DNA of 64,000 bases from Candidatus Latescibacterota bacterium (GCA_965217095.1 OZ244235.1:5268609-5332608), one strand, 5' to 3'. Positions 17,575 through 28,514 are shown, counted from the stretch's first letter. A program made the numbers and translations. Notes: a model not told the origin generated them from the sequence alone.

Positions 17575-18141
17575 ATGGCTAGCGACCGAGACCAGGGCAA
17601 GATTATTCTCATTAATGGCGCATCAAGCGCCGGTAAGTCGACTCTTGCACGTCACCTCCAGGAGACCTTGCCAGCACCTTTCTGGCATTTTTCGTTTGAC
17701 CATCTGCGCGATTCCGATGCCCTGCCGATGTCCCGCATAGGAAGAGGCGAACTCGATTGGTCGGCGATGCGTCCAGCCGTTTTCGACGGGTTTCACCAAT
17801 GTCTTCCGGTTTTGGCCAGGGCAGGCAACAATCTCATCGTTGACCACATAATCGAGACCGAGGCATGGCTGTCGGATCTGTTGAACCTTCTTTCTGATTG
17901 TGATGTATTCACTGTCGGGGTGCACTGTCCACTTCCAGAGCTAGAGCGAAGGGAGCGTGAGAGAGGGAACCGGCGCCCCGGTGAGGCAAAAGCGGATTTT
18001 CGGATAGTTCACAGTTTCGTCGAGTACGATCTGGAAGTGGATTCGACGCAACCCGCCGAAGCCAACGCCGCAGAGGTGATCGATGCTTGGACATGCCGCG
18101 TCCGACCGAATGCGTTCGATCGAATGGCTGCACGCAAGTGA
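17575..18141 (+). CDS. chloramphenicol-phosphotransferase-like (CPT family) P-loop kinase
   Basis: N-terminal KIILINGASSAGKSTLARHLQ P-loop and overall CPT-family layout. Confidence 0.7.
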   Translation: MASDRDQGKIILINGASSAGKSTLARHLQETLPAPFWHFSFDHLRDSDALPMSRIGRGELDWSAMRPAVFDGFHQCLPVLARAGNNLIVDHIIETEAWLSDLLNLLSDCDVFTVGVHCPLPELERRERERGNRRPGEAKADFRIVHSFVEYDLEVDSTQPAEANAAEVIDAWTCRVRPNAFDRMAARK

Positions 18142-18337
18142 TGTCCCCACTTCATACGACACAGCGGTTTACGGTGCGCCGTGCTAAGGCGCACATCTTC
18201 AGTGGGTGCGAATCCCACCCGGCAAGGGTCGCTCCAGCCGGTAGCAATCGGAGCAGCGGTGGAGGCGACGAAGCCGCTGAAGCCTTCGGCGTAGATGTGG
18301 TTCCGTCTGTTGAGACCACGTCCTCGCGCCGAAAAGC

Positions 18338-19432
18338 TCACTGAAACAGCGCGGCCTCGATGGTTAACCCCGGCCCGAACCCGAGCGCCACGCACGGCAT
18401 GCGGGCTCCCGAGTCCAGCAACCGTTCCAGGATGAACGCCAGAGTGGCCGATGACATGTTCCCGTGATCCCCGAGGACCTGGCGTGAGACGACAGTCGAC
18501 TCCGGGGACAGACCCAGCGCTTTCTCGGCTGCATCCAGGATCCTCGGCCCGCCGGGATGAATCGCCCAGGTGGAGACATCACCCCGCGTGAGACCCGACT
18601 CGGCGAGCCAAGGGTCCACGTACGCCGAAAGGTGCGCTTCGATGAGATCCGGGATCTGCGCCGAGATAGTCATCTGGAACCCATGATCGCCGATGCGCCA
18701 AGTCATGGCATCGGCCGAATCCGGCAGCAGGAAAGAGCCGCCGCGCGTCATCGTCCACTCGTCGGCTCCCCCGTCCGACCCGGCGGCGAAACGCGCCACG
18801 AGGGCGCCCGCGCCATCGGCGAACAGCGAATTCGAGACGATCCGGTCGGCATCCCAACCGTACTGGAAGTGCAGGGAGCACAGCTCGATCGAGGTCACCA
18901 GGATTCGGGCCTCTGGATCCGACCGGGCGATCGCCGCGGAGACGCGCAGCGCATTCAGCATAGCGTGGCAGCCCATGAAGCCAATCTGCACCCGCTCGAC
19001 CGTCCGCTCGAGCGACAGACCGTCGACGAGCTGGCAATCGATTCCGGGCGCGAAGAAGCCGGTGCACGTTACGGTTATCAGGTGAGTGATCTCACGCGGA
19101 TGCACCATGGATTTGCGCAGGGCATTGGAGGCGACCCGAAGCGCCAGCGACCCCGCGTGCCTTTCGTACCTGCACATTCGGGCTTCGGTGGACGGCCCCC
19201 GGTCCTCCGGACCTACCCGGAGCGGGTAGAAGTCGTAGTTCATTGACCCGCCGGTCTCGTCCAGGAGGACGCTGCCCCGCGCCCGAATCCTGGTCCTCTT
19301 GTAAAGTATCTTCAGCATCCGCTCCTGCTCCGGGGCGTTCGCCGATAGGGACAGCGCATGGTCCGCGCTCTCCAGCTGATCGATTGAGTGCGCCGAAGAC
19401 GCGGAAGCCACCGCCAGTATTCTGAGGGCCAT
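18338..19432 (-). CDS. type III polyketide synthase (chalcone/stilbene synthase family)
   Basis: Cys-containing GFMGCHAMLNAL segment, HPGGPRILD and the C-terminal GFGPGLT motif. Confidence 0.8.
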   Translation of the reverse strand: MALRILAVASASSAHSIDQLESADHALSLSANAPEQERMLKILYKRTRIRARGSVLLDETGGSMNYDFYPLRVGPEDRGPSTEARMCRYERHAGSLALRVASNALRKSMVHPREITHLITVTCTGFFAPGIDCQLVDGLSLERTVERVQIGFMGCHAMLNALRVSAAIARSDPEARILVTSIELCSLHFQYGWDADRIVSNSLFADGAGALVARFAAGSDGGADEWTMTRGGSFLLPDSADAMTWRIGDHGFQMTISAQIPDLIEAHLSAYVDPWLAESGLTRGDVSTWAIHPGGPRILDAAEKALGLSPESTVVSRQVLGDHGNMSSATLAFILERLLDSGARMPCVALGFGPGLTIEAALFQ

Positions 19433-19435
19433 GTA

Positions 19436-20593
19436 CTAGAGCCTTTCGATAAGGGGACGGTTGAAGCTCGCGACGACCGGCCGCGTCCACCCCGGTGACA
19501 ATGCTATCATGTGGATCAGCATACTCGTGATCGACGGCCGACCCAGCAGGTTCCGAAGGATTCGACAAACGGGCTGGCGTCCTACGATTTTCCGGCGGTG
19601 GATCCTCTCCCACTCGACGAGGAGCGATTCGGACCAGCGATCGCGGGCTGCTGCCGCGAGTGGCGCCACCCGCAGCGCCGAATTCAGTGCCCAGGACATG
19701 CCTTCGCCTGTGAAGGGCTCCACGTACCCGGTGGCATCGCCCACCAGGAACATCCGCCGCCTGCCGTGAATCCTGCGGCGACGCGTCAGGTACGGTGTGC
19801 CCCGGATACCCCGGACAATCTCAAACCCCTCCAGAACTCCCTCCCGCTCCAGGATACCGCGGAGGACCGCTTCCGGCGTCGACCCAACGAGCGCCCTGCG
19901 ATCGACGGCTGCAGCGACGTCCACAAGCCCATCTTCCAGGCGGACCAGGCCCACATATCCCTCAGAGGCCACCGTCATCCGGATCTCACCGACCCGGAGT
20001 TCCGACGCCGGCACCGCCGCGAGAACCCCGAGCCCGATCCTCGAGTCCGGTGCGACGACCGGGGAGAAGCATGGGTGCCCCCGGAGAAACCCTCCGTCGA
20101 GGCCGTCCGCGGCGAGCACAACGCGTGCATGCACGGTCGAGGGCGGAGTCCCGGCCCTCGGTTTCAGATCGACGAGCCAGCCTTCCGCCTGCTCCGCACC
20201 CAGTCGCGCGAAGGTGCCCGGTCGAAAGACCGTCCCTGCCTGCTGTGCCTCCCGCACCAGGGCGGCGTCGAGGGCTCGTCGCGAGACCGCGTAGCCCGAT
20301 GGGAGCGATATGTGCGCACGCCGTCCGTAGCCGCGAAGATCGAGCGTGTCCAGACGGTGGGCACCGAGACCATCGAGAAGCCCACGCAGCCCCGACTGTT
20401 CCAGGGCGTCCAGCGCCGCGCCGTTGAGGCAGCCGCCGCAGACCTTGTCGCGGGGAAACGCGCAGCGGTCAACGAGGAGCACCGACAGGCCCTTGCCCGC
20501 TAGCAGTCGCGCCGCAGTCGCGCCTGCTGGTCCCGCACCCGCCACGAACGCGTCCCAGTATTCACTGGGCTTCCCATTCCGCTCAGTTGCCAT
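19436..20593 (-). CDS. FAD-dependent oxidoreductase (geranylgeranyl-reductase / flavin monooxygenase family)
   Basis: N-terminal WDAFVAGAGPAGATAARLLAGKG Rossmann motif, FPRDKVCGGCL and GDATGYVEPFTGEG. Its 3' end is 4 nt from the PKS start, so the two are operonic. Confidence 0.75.
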   Translation of the reverse strand: MATERNGKPSEYWDAFVAGAGPAGATAARLLAGKGLSVLLVDRCAFPRDKVCGGCLNGAALDALEQSGLRGLLDGLGAHRLDTLDLRGYGRRAHISLPSGYAVSRRALDAALVREAQQAGTVFRPGTFARLGAEQAEGWLVDLKPRAGTPPSTVHARVVLAADGLDGGFLRGHPCFSPVVAPDSRIGLGVLAAVPASELRVGEIRMTVASEGYVGLVRLEDGLVDVAAAVDRRALVGSTPEAVLRGILEREGVLEGFEIVRGIRGTPYLTRRRRIHGRRRMFLVGDATGYVEPFTGEGMSWALNSALRVAPLAAAARDRWSESLLVEWERIHRRKIVGRQPVCRILRNLLGRPSITSMLIHMIALSPGWTRPVVASFNRPLIERL

Positions 20594-21350
20594 GTGTGCT
20601 CTGCGGGGCCCACGACAGCAGCAACCGGCACGGCCAGCGCCGCGTGCAGCGGACGCCCGGAAGGTCCGCGAGGATCGACATCGCGATCGTCTCTTCGAGC
20701 GAAAAGGCCGCCCGTACCGAGAGCAGGGCGTCCGCGTGCACGATCGGCGAGCGGGTGAACGCGCGACTCGCTACGCCCGCCAAGAGAAACCCCCGGGTTG
20801 ATCGCTCCAGGTCATGGACCACGAACCCGCGCCGGGCAGCGCGAGCCATTTCCCGAAACAGCCTGACCGCCTGTCCGTCAGCCAGGTGATGCAGGAAGAG
20901 GCTGGACACGAAGTAGCCGTATCCATCCGGTAGCGGCCCCTCGAGAACGTCGCGGGCGAAGAATCGGCACGTCGGCGTCGAGCCCGCGCGGGATTGCCGG
21001 TCCGCGAACTCGACCGCGTGACCACTCCTGTCGCAGCCGTCGAACTCGAACGGCATTCCGTCCCGTGCCGCCAGCGCCGCGAGTCGCCGGGTGATGTCCC
21101 CGCTCCCGCACGCGAGGTCCAGTACCCGCACAGGCCCTCCGCCTCCGTTGTGTCTGACCTCCATGCCCGCCAGCGCCGCCCATAGGCCATCCGCCGTTCG
21201 ACTCAGTCGGTTAAGACGTGCCAGCCCCCGTAGCGCCTGGATGTGCGACGAGGCGTCCAGGGCCCGGTCGTCCATGCGCTCATCGGCCCACTGGCGGCGT
21301 TCGAGCGCCCAGTTGCGTATCAGCCGATCTCTCCAGCGGACGTTGCTCAT
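20583..21350 (-). CDS. class I SAM-dependent methyltransferase
   Basis: VLDLACGSGD motif I. The track ORF extends to 21395, but the likely start is MSNVR at 21350. It overlaps the oxidoreductase start by 11 nt. Confidence 0.7.
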   Translation of the reverse strand: MSNVRWRDRLIRNWALERRQWADERMDDRALDASSHIQALRGLARLNRLSRTADGLWAALAGMEVRHNGGGGPVRVLDLACGSGDITRRLAALAARDGMPFEFDGCDRSGHAVEFADRQSRAGSTPTCRFFARDVLEGPLPDGYGYFVSSLFLHHLADGQAVRLFREMARAARRGFVVHDLERSTRGFLLAGVASRAFTRSPIVHADALLSVRAAFSLEETIAMSILADLPGVRCTRRWPCRLLLSWAPQSTHGN

Positions 21351-21733
21351 GCGCTGCCGGCCTCCAGTGCTTCGCGCGACACACAGACTCCACACATTTT
21401 GGGTTGTATCAGAGAACGATCAAAGTACCAAGTCTGTGAGGCAGGTTCAATTAGGGGAATTACTACATTCCAGAAGTGCGTGTAGGAAAACCACTTTGTG
21501 GGACACAACGCCATGCCTTGCTTGTGCCAATACGTGCACGATATCGCTTGCCAACGTGAATCCAATTCCCCAACATTTTTTGTTCGCACATTTTTGCATT
21601 GTCCAAAGTAGAGAATTTGCATGAGCTACCGCGAAATTCAATTGAATCCAAGATACTCTGATGAAATCCTAGCATGGGAGTACGACAGCTAAACAACAAG
21701 CTATCTCCTGCGAGGTGGCATGGTATCTGAAAT

Positions 21734-23780
21734 ATGCACACAAGGTCCAAGGCCAGCTCAGAGCCCCCCGGTGAGACCCACCCTTCAATCCCCTTGGATA
21801 GCGTAAGACAGCCAGAACCGAGCCGGGATGAAACGCCTCTCATTACGCTGCGGTCATTGGTTCTGGGTGCTCTGACCATTGCCGCAACCTTCTACTATTA
21901 CATAAACGAGATTCAGGGAACGGGCATGCTCGGTCATGCTGTGAGCTCACAGCTTCCGGTTGTCGTGTACGTTCCCTTCGTGTTATGGCTGTTCCTGAAT
22001 GTCCTTCTGAAACAGCTATGGCCGCGGCTGGCCCTCCGCAGGGGGGAGTTGCTGACGATCTTTGGAATGCTCTGGGTGGTAGGCACCATTCCGGGGTACG
22101 GCTGGATGGGGTATTGGGTACTCACGCTGGCGGCACCCGCTTTCTACGACACTGCCGAAAATCAGTGGGCCGAGATTCTCTTCGACTTCCTTCCCTGGCA
22201 TGTATTCCCCGACACCTCTGCACGGGTCATCGATGCCTTCTGGCTGGGCTTGCCGGAAGGTGCGCCGGTGCCCTGGGACGGTTGGTTCGGCGCAACAGCT
22301 CAGTGGTTGAGCGTTTCGGTGGCCATGGTCGGCTTCGGCCTCTGTTTGGTTATCCTGCTGCAACTGCAATGGGAAGCGAACGAGAAGCTGACCTTTCCCC
22401 TGGCTCAACTCCCGCTGGATCTGACTGCCGGATTCGACGGAGCACACGGGTGCCCCGTGATCTTCCGTTCGCGGCTGTTCTGGGTCGGCTTCGCCACAGT
22501 CTTCGTACCCGTCCTCTAACATCACATCCTACTTCATGGTCGGACTGCCGAGGATTGGGATTTACTGGGATCTCTACGACATTCATTTGGGAGAGGGATT
22601 CCCGACTTTACACTTCCGCATCATGCCTCTGGTGGTGGCCGTAACCTACCTGTGCCCCCTCGATATTCTGGCCAGCATGGTTGTCTTCCATCTGCTGGCG
22701 ATTTTCAAGGGGGCGGCTATGTCGCGGATCGGTTTCACCGTCGGCAGCGCTGAAGAGTCGTTACAGTGGAACGATATCCTTCATCTAGAAAGCTATGGCG
22801 CCATCATCTTCATGGGACTCTGGACCTTCTGGTTGGCTCGGGGCCACTTGCGCCACACCTGGCGGCAGGTTCGGTGGGGTGCCGGGGAACCTCAGGAGGT
22901 GTCGCGCCACCGGCGCGTGCTTCTGGGATTGACGATATGAGGCGTTTATCTCCTGGGATGGATGATGGCGCTGGGGATGAGCCTGCCAGCGGCGCTTCTA
23001 ATATTCTCCGTGGCGCTTTTGACCTACGTCGTGGTCGTCAAACTAATCGCCGCCACCGGATGTGCCTATCTGCTCACCGACCCAGGGCATATCAAGGGGA
23101 TCACCTTCGTGAATGAGCTGTTGGGCACTGCCCGCCTGTCACCCCGCAGCTATGTAGGGTTCAGGGTGTTCAGCGGTACGACCTTCTTTGGCAACTTACG
23201 CATTCCGGCCTGGCCTTCCCTGCCCCACCTGCTGCGCATCTTCTCGCTGAAACAACAGTCCGGATGGATAGCAGCGCTGGTCTTGGTCGCATTTCCAGTG
23301 GGATTCCTGGTAGCTGCGGGGGCAACGCTGGAAATGGCCTACACCAAGCAGGGGCTGGTCTTCTTTTCCGATAGCATCGGTCCCGGATACTACGAAACGG
23401 CTCGCAATCTGAATGACCCGGAAAATCCCGATCTCGGCCGCTGGCTCGTATTCCTTTTCGGCGTCGCGGAATCGGCGGTGCTGGCTATTTTGCGCGCCCG
23501 ATTTCACTGGTTTCCCCTGCATCCGGTGGGGGTCGCCTTTCAGTATACCATTGTCGGGATCGTATTTTGGTTTAGTCTGTTTCTGGTTTGGGCAGTGAAG
23601 GTGTTGCTGTTGCGCTTCGGCGGCAAAGGCGCTTACCTGGCGGGAAAGCCGTTCTTCTACGGTCTGGCAATCGGTTATGTAAGCGGAATAATCGTCTCGG
23701 TTTGCGTCGACCTCATCTGGTTTCCCACCGCAGGTCACAACGTTCATTCCTGGTTTGTGGAGATCAAAGCCCTGATCTAG
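21734..23780 (+). pseudogene. large polytopic membrane-protein gene (uncharacterised family) broken into three ORFs by a frameshift near 22520 and an in-frame TGA at 22938
   Basis: ORFs 21734..22519 (frame 2), 22536..22940 and 22962..23780 (both frame 0) are all hydrophobic, multi-helix and collinear. The last two are separated only by a TGA plus 7 codons, with no RBS. No hairpin follows this TGA. Confidence 0.5.
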
Positions 23781-23879
23781 CAGAATTCCGCCCTCTTATA
23801 GGTTAATCGGCAGACGGATCCTTAAGGGGGTCTCTCAATACACGTAACAAGCTGGTTGATGCTATGATTGTAGCCTGAA

Positions 23880-25382
23880 ATGGACCATGGACCTCAGCTA
23901 ATCGAACCTCACAAACACCGCCAGCTGTTCGCGGACGACGACGCCTTGGAAACGGGGTCCGGCGCCCAAAACCACGGTTGGACGCGGACCATGCATCTAC
24001 CCAAGAAGTGCGGCCCGGTCATTCGTCCTGATCTAACCTGCGGACAGAGGTCGCTGCAAAGTCGCAGCGCGCCGCAATGGAATCCCGAAATGGGCATCTG
24101 GGAATGGTGGTATTTCGGCCAGTACGTCTACTACGCCAGCTCGACCGACGGTGAGAACTGGGACCGCCCATCCCTGGGGCGTTACGAGTGGGAGGGTTCT
24201 AAAGACAACAACATCGCGGACGATCCCGGTACCGGCGAAACCCGGCGATTGACCCATGTCCTTCGCGACGAAGCCGAAGATAATCCGCAGCGACGCTACA
24301 AAGCGCTCTTTACCCGCAGGGCGGTCATCAATGCCAGTAGCCGTTTCTTGGCAACGTCCCCCGACGGGTTCGACTGGACCATTCTGGATCGCCCTCCCAT
24401 ACCCAGCAGCGACGAATGCCACTTCACTTACGACGAGTTCGGCCAGCAGTACCTGGCGCTCGTTAAGCACGGCACCGAATGGGGGCGCTCGGTTTTTCTT
24501 TCCACCAGCAAAGACTTCGAACAGTTCACTGAACCACAGCTTATTTTTCACTCCGACGAGCTCGATCGAGAGAACTGCCGGCGACGCGTACGCAAAGTGA
24601 TTGAGGACCCCGACTATATTACACCGCCCATCGTCGACGATGTGGACTATATGGCCGAGGTCTACCAAATGGCCGTCATGCCGTACGAGGGATGTTATTT
24701 CGGGTTCCCCGCTCTGTTCAATCCGTTCGGAGCCATCGCCCCACCCGACAAGAACTTCACCCGCATCAACCAGGTGGAACTGGCGTTTTCCCGTGACCTC
24801 CACAACTGGGACCGGCTCGGGGATCGACAGGTGTTTGTCGGCATCGACCGGTGGGACGGCGAAACCTACGGTACAAGCCAGATCCTGTTGACCGCCCGCC
24901 CGGTAGTGCGCCCGGATCTTGGAGAGATCTGGGTTTATTACAACGCCCTGCGTAATCCGGGGAATCGGGAACAATACCAGCAATTGAACCGCAACCGGGA
25001 ACTCTTCAGACTCAATGTGGATCCAGAGCTCTTCGAGGATGCTGGCGCCCTGTCGTTGGCAAAGCTTCGCTTGGACGGTTTTATCTCGCTCGACGGCGGC
25101 GAGTCGGCGACCATCACTACCAAACCGTTCATGCTCAGAGGAGAAGAGGTATACATCAACGTCGACGCCAAATGGGGTGCGATCTTTACCGAGATAGTCG
25201 ATGGGGAAACCATGAAACGTTTCCCTGACTGCACTGTAATTGGCGAACCAATCAGCGGCGATCACCTGCGCGCGAAGATAACTTGGCAGGGCGAACACGA
25301 CCGGGTCTTCGAGCGGCCGGTTCGTCTCATCTTCGACCTGCACCAGACGCGCCTTTACTCCTTCTGGCTGCAGAAGGAATAA
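23880..25382 (+). CDS. glycoside-hydrolase-like β-propeller protein (GH32/43-clan-like, family uncertain)
   Basis: 500 aa. LAFSRDLHNWDR-type motif. A paralogue with the same LAFSRD/IAFSRDG signature lies at 49672..51072. Confidence 0.45.
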   Translation: MDHGPQLIEPHKHRQLFADDDALETGSGAQNHGWTRTMHLPKKCGPVIRPDLTCGQRSLQSRSAPQWNPEMGIWEWWYFGQYVYYASSTDGENWDRPSLGRYEWEGSKDNNIADDPGTGETRRLTHVLRDEAEDNPQRRYKALFTRRAVINASSRFLATSPDGFDWTILDRPPIPSSDECHFTYDEFGQQYLALVKHGTEWGRSVFLSTSKDFEQFTEPQLIFHSDELDRENCRRRVRKVIEDPDYITPPIVDDVDYMAEVYQMAVMPYEGCYFGFPALFNPFGAIAPPDKNFTRINQVELAFSRDLHNWDRLGDRQVFVGIDRWDGETYGTSQILLTARPVVRPDLGEIWVYYNALRNPGNREQYQQLNRNRELFRLNVDPELFEDAGALSLAKLRLDGFISLDGGESATITTKPFMLRGEEVYINVDAKWGAIFTEIVDGETMKRFPDCTVIGEPISGDHLRAKITWQGEHDRVFERPVRLIFDLHQTRLYSFWLQKE

Positions 25383-25494
25383 GGCCGCCCGGGGGCTCGA
25401 GAGTGGCCGGGCCCGAAGTGGTCGACGCGATTCGGCCCGACCTCTGGGAAGCTTTATCGAATTCCCAGCAACGAACTCCGGGGCATCGGCTTCC

Positions 25495-28485
25495 CTAAAT
25501 TGGCTGACCGAACTCGGTAAAACCGACCAGACCTCTCACAAAGAATGACCAGTTGTGGAAGTTGCGGTTTGAGCGAAATTCTTCGTCGAACCTTCGTTTG
25601 TCTTTTGCCAAACCGACGATTGTTACCATCTCGTATCCGAAGTAGCTGGTCAGATTGGTGAGCGTACAAAAAGCGGTCCAGCGTTTGAAGCTCTCGCTTC
25701 CCGTGTTGTCCGCTACCCGGTATGGCAACGGACCAAGCCCCTGAAGCCCGACCCGTACGTCCGTTCGCGGCAACAACTGGTATCGAAGACGCAGTACTGG
25801 AATCGATCTCTTCTCATGCTGGACCGCGCGGCCACGATCATGATCGAATTGAAGGAACAGCATCTGTTTGTGTTGTGCGGTCAACTCCAACTGCGACGAC
25901 CAGCTCCACGACTTGCCGACACGGCTTACCCAGGTCAACAGATCGAGACGACGCCGTCGTTGAAACAGTCCGGGGTGAAGCTCGCCTCCTTGCTGCCAGT
26001 TTATGCGTAACCGCAGCTTCTGCACCACACTCAACCGGTGGCGCTCGAAGCTTCCTTCCAGATATCCTTCGTTGACGAAACTATCTCTATACGCCAGCAA
26101 ATCAGGCACCGCTATACTCGAGAAGATCGGAGGACGGTCATTCAAGAGGAACTCGGCAGCGCTCGAGCTGCTCAACCCCCCCTGTGTGAAAACATTGTCT
26201 CGATTCGGGTTCTCGACCGCGATCATGTAGGCATCGGCTATATCGTCAAAGATCCGGCGGAAGTGGTTCTCGAAAAAGAGATGTCGGAAACCACTCGAGT
26301 TTCGTTTCTGGTAGGTCAGGATAAGGTAGGTTGAGCGATTTCGGCCAGCACCGGCAATCTGCCTGACGGCGTGTCGGCCCACGGTAAGCGACCAGTTGGA
26401 ACTGAAATCCAGTTGACCGAAGATGTGGTACCCCCGTTGGTCGGCGTCATACGGGTAATCCACGTCGCCGTCATCTTCCCGCTGATCAGGCTCGTCGTTG
26501 TTGTTCCGGTCGAGACCGTAGGTATAGCGGTTGGGCTCCACGTCGTACATGAGAAACGGCTCGTCATAGTCGGCCACTGAATTGAGATTGCGGTTGGTAT
26601 CAGGGATTCCGTCCCCATCCTCGTCCTGCCCGAGGAAGACTCCGTCGATGTCGAAGCTGCGTTCGTCTGGTTCCAAGCCGACGATGTTTCCCATGCGACG
26701 ATCTGGGTAACGGTCGCCGTCATCGTTGTCCTGCACCAGATCCCAGTACACTGTGTTGTTGATCATGCCAGACAAATTCGTGTAGTCCAGGTCGGAGTTG
26801 TTGTCCAGGTATGTGCGCAGGCTGGTGGTGAATTCCGGGTTGATGGAGAAAAGCTCGGCCCCGACGCGACCCTGATCGAACCACCGAGTTCCGTTCAGGT
26901 AATAAGCCGATCCATGATCCGAGAAGCGCGCGCCCGATCCGAAATCGGCTGCACCTTCGGCGCGTCCAGGATAGCGGGCAAAGAGGGACGAGCGGGCGTA
27001 CTCTCCCCTTACCTGTACGCCGGCCAAGGCAATGTCGATGTCGGTACTGTAGGTAAACAAACCCGTACCCTCACCAACCCTGAAACGGACACGTCGCAGA
27101 TTCGAGTGATCGCGCATGTTCCCCTTGGACCGCAGCACGTTGCGATAGAAGGTGGTCTTATATCGCGTATGGTAGGTACGTCCCCGGGGATTGGCTTCGT
27201 CTAGCTGCGCCACGTCGACGCGGAAATCGCCTCCCATTATTGCATCCACCTCCACCGATTCGACTGGATCCTCCTCCGACAGATCGAAGAGAAAAACCAA
27301 CTGCTGGTCGCCGTCCGCGTGCAGCACTTCTGTTGCGGAGCGAATTTCGAATCCTGCAACCAACGCCTCCAGATTGGCGTCCTCGCTCACATCTACGCCC
27401 GCCTCGTGGTCCAATCGATACAGGTAGTCGGCATAAAGCGGGATCTCGTCTCGACCTCTATAGTACAATCGATGCCCGATAAATTGGGTGTAGTCTAGGG
27501 CCTGAAAGCGCCCGGTTGCAGTTGAAAACCGCCCGACTTGCGGCGATATGCCGCCGTTGTGGGCCAACACCCGGGGTGCCAGGTCCGGTCGCAACGCGCC
27601 ATTGACAATCAGCGTCAAATTCTGGACCACAGCGCCTCCCTTGCCGTCTTCGGGAGAATCGTCGGCGATGCGAACCACGATCCAATCAATGAGCGGCTGA
27701 TCTGGTCGCAGCACCCCATTCATGCTGTTGCCACCTCGGACGCTGTTGTATATGTGGATATTGGACCAGTTTAGTCCCAATTTTCCGATTCCGAGCTCAC
27801 TTTGCACTCGTGCTCCCAGGAGCAATGTCGAGTCGTGGGCTATATGCGTCTCTCCAAGGGCAAAAGTTGCGCGCGGCAGGTAGGCATGTGGCCGCTCGAT
27901 TCGCGAAGCCAGACCGGTCAATTGAAGGCGTGGCATAGAAATGTCCAAGCGAAAGCCGCTCAAGTCAGTCATCGACAAGGTCAGTGGTGAAAGTCGGGCG
28001 TTGAGGCCGTCGGCTACGACCAGGCTATATCCCCAAGCTCCGTAGCCGTCGCGTCCGACCACAGTTGCTTTGTACACCTTATTCCATACGAGAAGGAAGA
28101 TTCCGCTGTTTGGCTTGAAGATTGAGCTACCATATTCCTGCCCCGGATGCCGCGCCTCCTCCCAGAAATAGAGATCGTATCCATTGATCAGTCGATTGCC
28201 CAGCGGGCCGTAGAAGACCCTTGGCGAATCGGTATACGGAGCTGAATGGTTTGGGTAATTGTGAAAGGGATCGAAGGCCAAATTGCGATAACTTGGCCGC
28301 TCCCAGCGAAGAAAAACCCGCGTTGATTCGACTTCGGCCATGTCCGGCGTCTTGGCGATCGAAGAACCCTCGAAGGTTTGCAAGAGCACCAGGATGCTCA
28401 AAAAGCTAACCCGTAACGTCAGCCGCTGATCTGATCGCTTCACGACCTTAACAATCCCTTGGGTAGGAACGGGCGGGCTCGGCAC
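25495..28485 (-). CDS. large secreted/outer-membrane protein with Asp-rich Ca-binding-like repeats (paralogue A)
   Basis: 996 aa by the track. An alternative GTG start at 28443 gives MKRSDQRLTLRVSFLSILVLL, a clean signal peptide. Repeats DNDDGDRYPD, DEDGDGIPDTNRN, DRNNNDEPDQREDDGDVDYPYD. β-rich, with a C-terminal aromatic-rich end. About 45 % identical to 35283..38258. Confidence 0.6.
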   Translation of the reverse strand: MPSPPVPTQGIVKVVKRSDQRLTLRVSFLSILVLLQTFEGSSIAKTPDMAEVESTRVFLRWERPSYRNLAFDPFHNYPNHSAPYTDSPRVFYGPLGNRLINGYDLYFWEEARHPGQEYGSSIFKPNSGIFLLVWNKVYKATVVGRDGYGAWGYSLVVADGLNARLSPLTLSMTDLSGFRLDISMPRLQLTGLASRIERPHAYLPRATFALGETHIAHDSTLLLGARVQSELGIGKLGLNWSNIHIYNSVRGGNSMNGVLRPDQPLIDWIVVRIADDSPEDGKGGAVVQNLTLIVNGALRPDLAPRVLAHNGGISPQVGRFSTATGRFQALDYTQFIGHRLYYRGRDEIPLYADYLYRLDHEAGVDVSEDANLEALVAGFEIRSATEVLHADGDQQLVFLFDLSEEDPVESVEVDAIMGGDFRVDVAQLDEANPRGRTYHTRYKTTFYRNVLRSKGNMRDHSNLRRVRFRVGEGTGLFTYSTDIDIALAGVQVRGEYARSSLFARYPGRAEGAADFGSGARFSDHGSAYYLNGTRWFDQGRVGAELFSINPEFTTSLRTYLDNNSDLDYTNLSGMINNTVYWDLVQDNDDGDRYPDRRMGNIVGLEPDERSFDIDGVFLGQDEDGDGIPDTNRNLNSVADYDEPFLMYDVEPNRYTYGLDRNNNDEPDQREDDGDVDYPYDADQRGYHIFGQLDFSSNWSLTVGRHAVRQIAGAGRNRSTYLILTYQKRNSSGFRHLFFENHFRRIFDDIADAYMIAVENPNRDNVFTQGGLSSSSAAEFLLNDRPPIFSSIAVPDLLAYRDSFVNEGYLEGSFERHRLSVVQKLRLRINWQQGGELHPGLFQRRRRLDLLTWVSRVGKSWSWSSQLELTAQHKQMLFLQFDHDRGRAVQHEKRSIPVLRLRYQLLPRTDVRVGLQGLGPLPYRVADNTGSESFKRWTAFCTLTNLTSYFGYEMVTIVGLAKDKRRFDEEFRSNRNFHNWSFFVRGLVGFTEFGQPI
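28448..28481. repeat. 34-nt repeat copy A, TTAACAATCCCTTGGGTAGGAACGGGCGGGCTCG
   Basis: Identical apart from a 1-nt indel to 32883..32915. On the minus strand it ends ...CCCAAGGGATTGTTAAGGTC directly before the GTG start of paralogue A. Confidence 0.6.
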
Positions 28486-28514
28486 GCCGCTCTTTTTACT
28501 GACGACCTCTGCAT

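Noticed and set aside
19511-20503. Long plus-strand ORFs (330, 210 and 165 aa) overlapping the FAD-oxidoreductase gene
   Set aside because: They are antisense to a well-supported gene in high-GC DNA. Their Arg/Pro/Ser-rich composition is typical of spurious GC-frame ORFs.
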